Assembly: GCA_051313645.2 (NCBI GenBank)
Contig: JBNRSN020000004.1
Coordinates: 317,750,001 to 317,814,000 of the forward strand
From: Centroscyllium fabricii
Taxonomy: Eukaryota
Length of the DNA: 64,000 nucleotides
Direction: 5' to 3'
Shown: piece by piece, positions 62,745 through 64,000 of the stretch
How the letters are laid out: each line of letters begins with the position of its first letter
Numbering within the stretch: the first letter of the stretch is position 1
Program-made: the position numbers and the translations under genes
Notes under the pieces: model-generated
What the model saw: only the letters and a program-made list of their open reading frames with translations
What the model was told of the DNA's origin: nothing
Database searches by the model: none

Positions 62745-64000
62745 AGCAAACATCAAGACATTGTTTCCAAGACTGTCACTGACCTCATCTCCTCTGGAGA
62801 TCTTCCCCGCAGGGCCACCAGCCTCATAGTTCCCCAACCCCGCACAGCCCGCTTCTACCTCCTTCCCAAGATCCACAAACAGGACTGCCCTGGTAGACCC
62901 ATCATTTTAGCCTGTTCTTGCCCCACGGATCTCTTATCTCGACTCCATTTTTTCTCCCATTGTCCAGTTTCTTCCCACCTACATTCGTGACTCTTCCGAC
63001 GCCCTCCGTCACTTATAATAGTTTCCAGTTTCCTGGCCCCAACCGTCTCCTTTTCACTGGACGTCCAATCCCTCTACACCTCCATCCCCCACCAGGACGG
63101 CCTTAGGGCGCTCCGTTTCTTCCTTGAACAGAGACCCAACCAGTCCCCATCCACCACCACCCTCCTCCGCCTGGCTGAATTTGTTCTCACATTGAATAAC
63201 TTCTCCTCTGATTCCACTCACTTCCTCCAAATTAAAGGTGTTGCTGTGGAACCCGCATGGGCCCTAGCTATGCCTGCCTGTTCATGGGTTATGTAGAACA
63301 CTCTTTGTTCCAGTCCTATTCAGGTCCCCTCCCTCACCTCTTTTTCTGGTACATTGATGACTGTATTGGTGCCGTTTCCTGCTCTCGCTCTGAACTAGAT
63401 AAGTTCATTTACTTTACTTCCAATTTCCACCCTTCCCTCACCTTCACATGGTCCATTTCCGACTCTTCCCTTCCCTTTCTTGACTTCTTCGTCTCCATTT
63501 CTGGTGATCAGCTTTTGACAAACATCCACTACAAGCCCACCGACTCCCACAGCTACCTGGACTACACTTCCTCCCACCCCGCTTCCTGTAAGGACTCTAT
63601 TCCATTATCCCAGTTTCTCCGTCTCCGCCGTGTCTGTTCTGACGATGCCACCTTCCATACCAGTGCTTCTGACATGTCTTCCTTTTTCCTCAATCGAGGA
63701 TTCCCTTCTACTGTGGTTGACACGGCCCTTGACCGTGTCCGTTCCATTTCCTACACTCCTGCTCTCACCGCTTCCCCTCCCTCCCAGAACCACGATAGAG
63801 TTACCCTTGTCCTCGCCTTTCACCCCACCAGCCTCCACATTCAACGGATCATCCTCCGCCATTTCCGCCAACGTGATCCCACCACCAAACACATCTTCCC
63901 CTCACCTCCCCTTTCAGCATTCCAAAGCTCCCTCTGTGACACCCTGGTCCACTCCTCAATCACCCCTAACAGCCCTTCTCCTTCACCTGGCACCTTCCTG
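62745..64000 (+). mobile_element. Penelope-like element RT region, same family as 22490-24298; runs off the window end
   Basis: FYLLPKIHKQDCPGRPI, DVQSLYTSIP and YIDD with frameshifts; colinear with 22490-23620. Confidence 0.92.

Noticed and set aside
49000-64000. Exons of a downstream neighbour such as STT3B
   Set aside because: No recognisable coding exon on either strand.

Overview
Vertebrate genomic DNA, very probably from a cartilaginous fish, judging by HE1-like V-SINEs, a SacSINE1-like DeuSINE, LF-SINE-like repeats and CR1 tails. The only host gene I can support is the 3' part of OSBPL10 on the + strand: five GT-AG coding exons (20733-21222, 29039-29225, 41371-41553, 46184-46337, 48728-48775) encoding the oxysterol-binding domain and the stop. 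The rest is intron, 3' UTR or flank, densely filled with transposons: CR1, L2 and RTE LINEs, a decayed DIRS fragment, SINEs, Tigger-like MITEs, Harbinger-derived elements and a hAT-like element containing a minisatellite. The most notable element is a young, nearly intact Penelope-like (Neptune-type) retroelement at 33921-37817. It has a tandem ~820-bp pseudo-LTR, a target-site duplication (TSD) and two identical minimal hammerhead ribozymes. A second Penelope-like element has an inverted pseudo-LTR; its host-sense ribozyme copy is mutated at catalytic bases while the antisense copy is intact. Most short ORFs in the supplied track are spurious. Family names come from motif recognition, not database searches.
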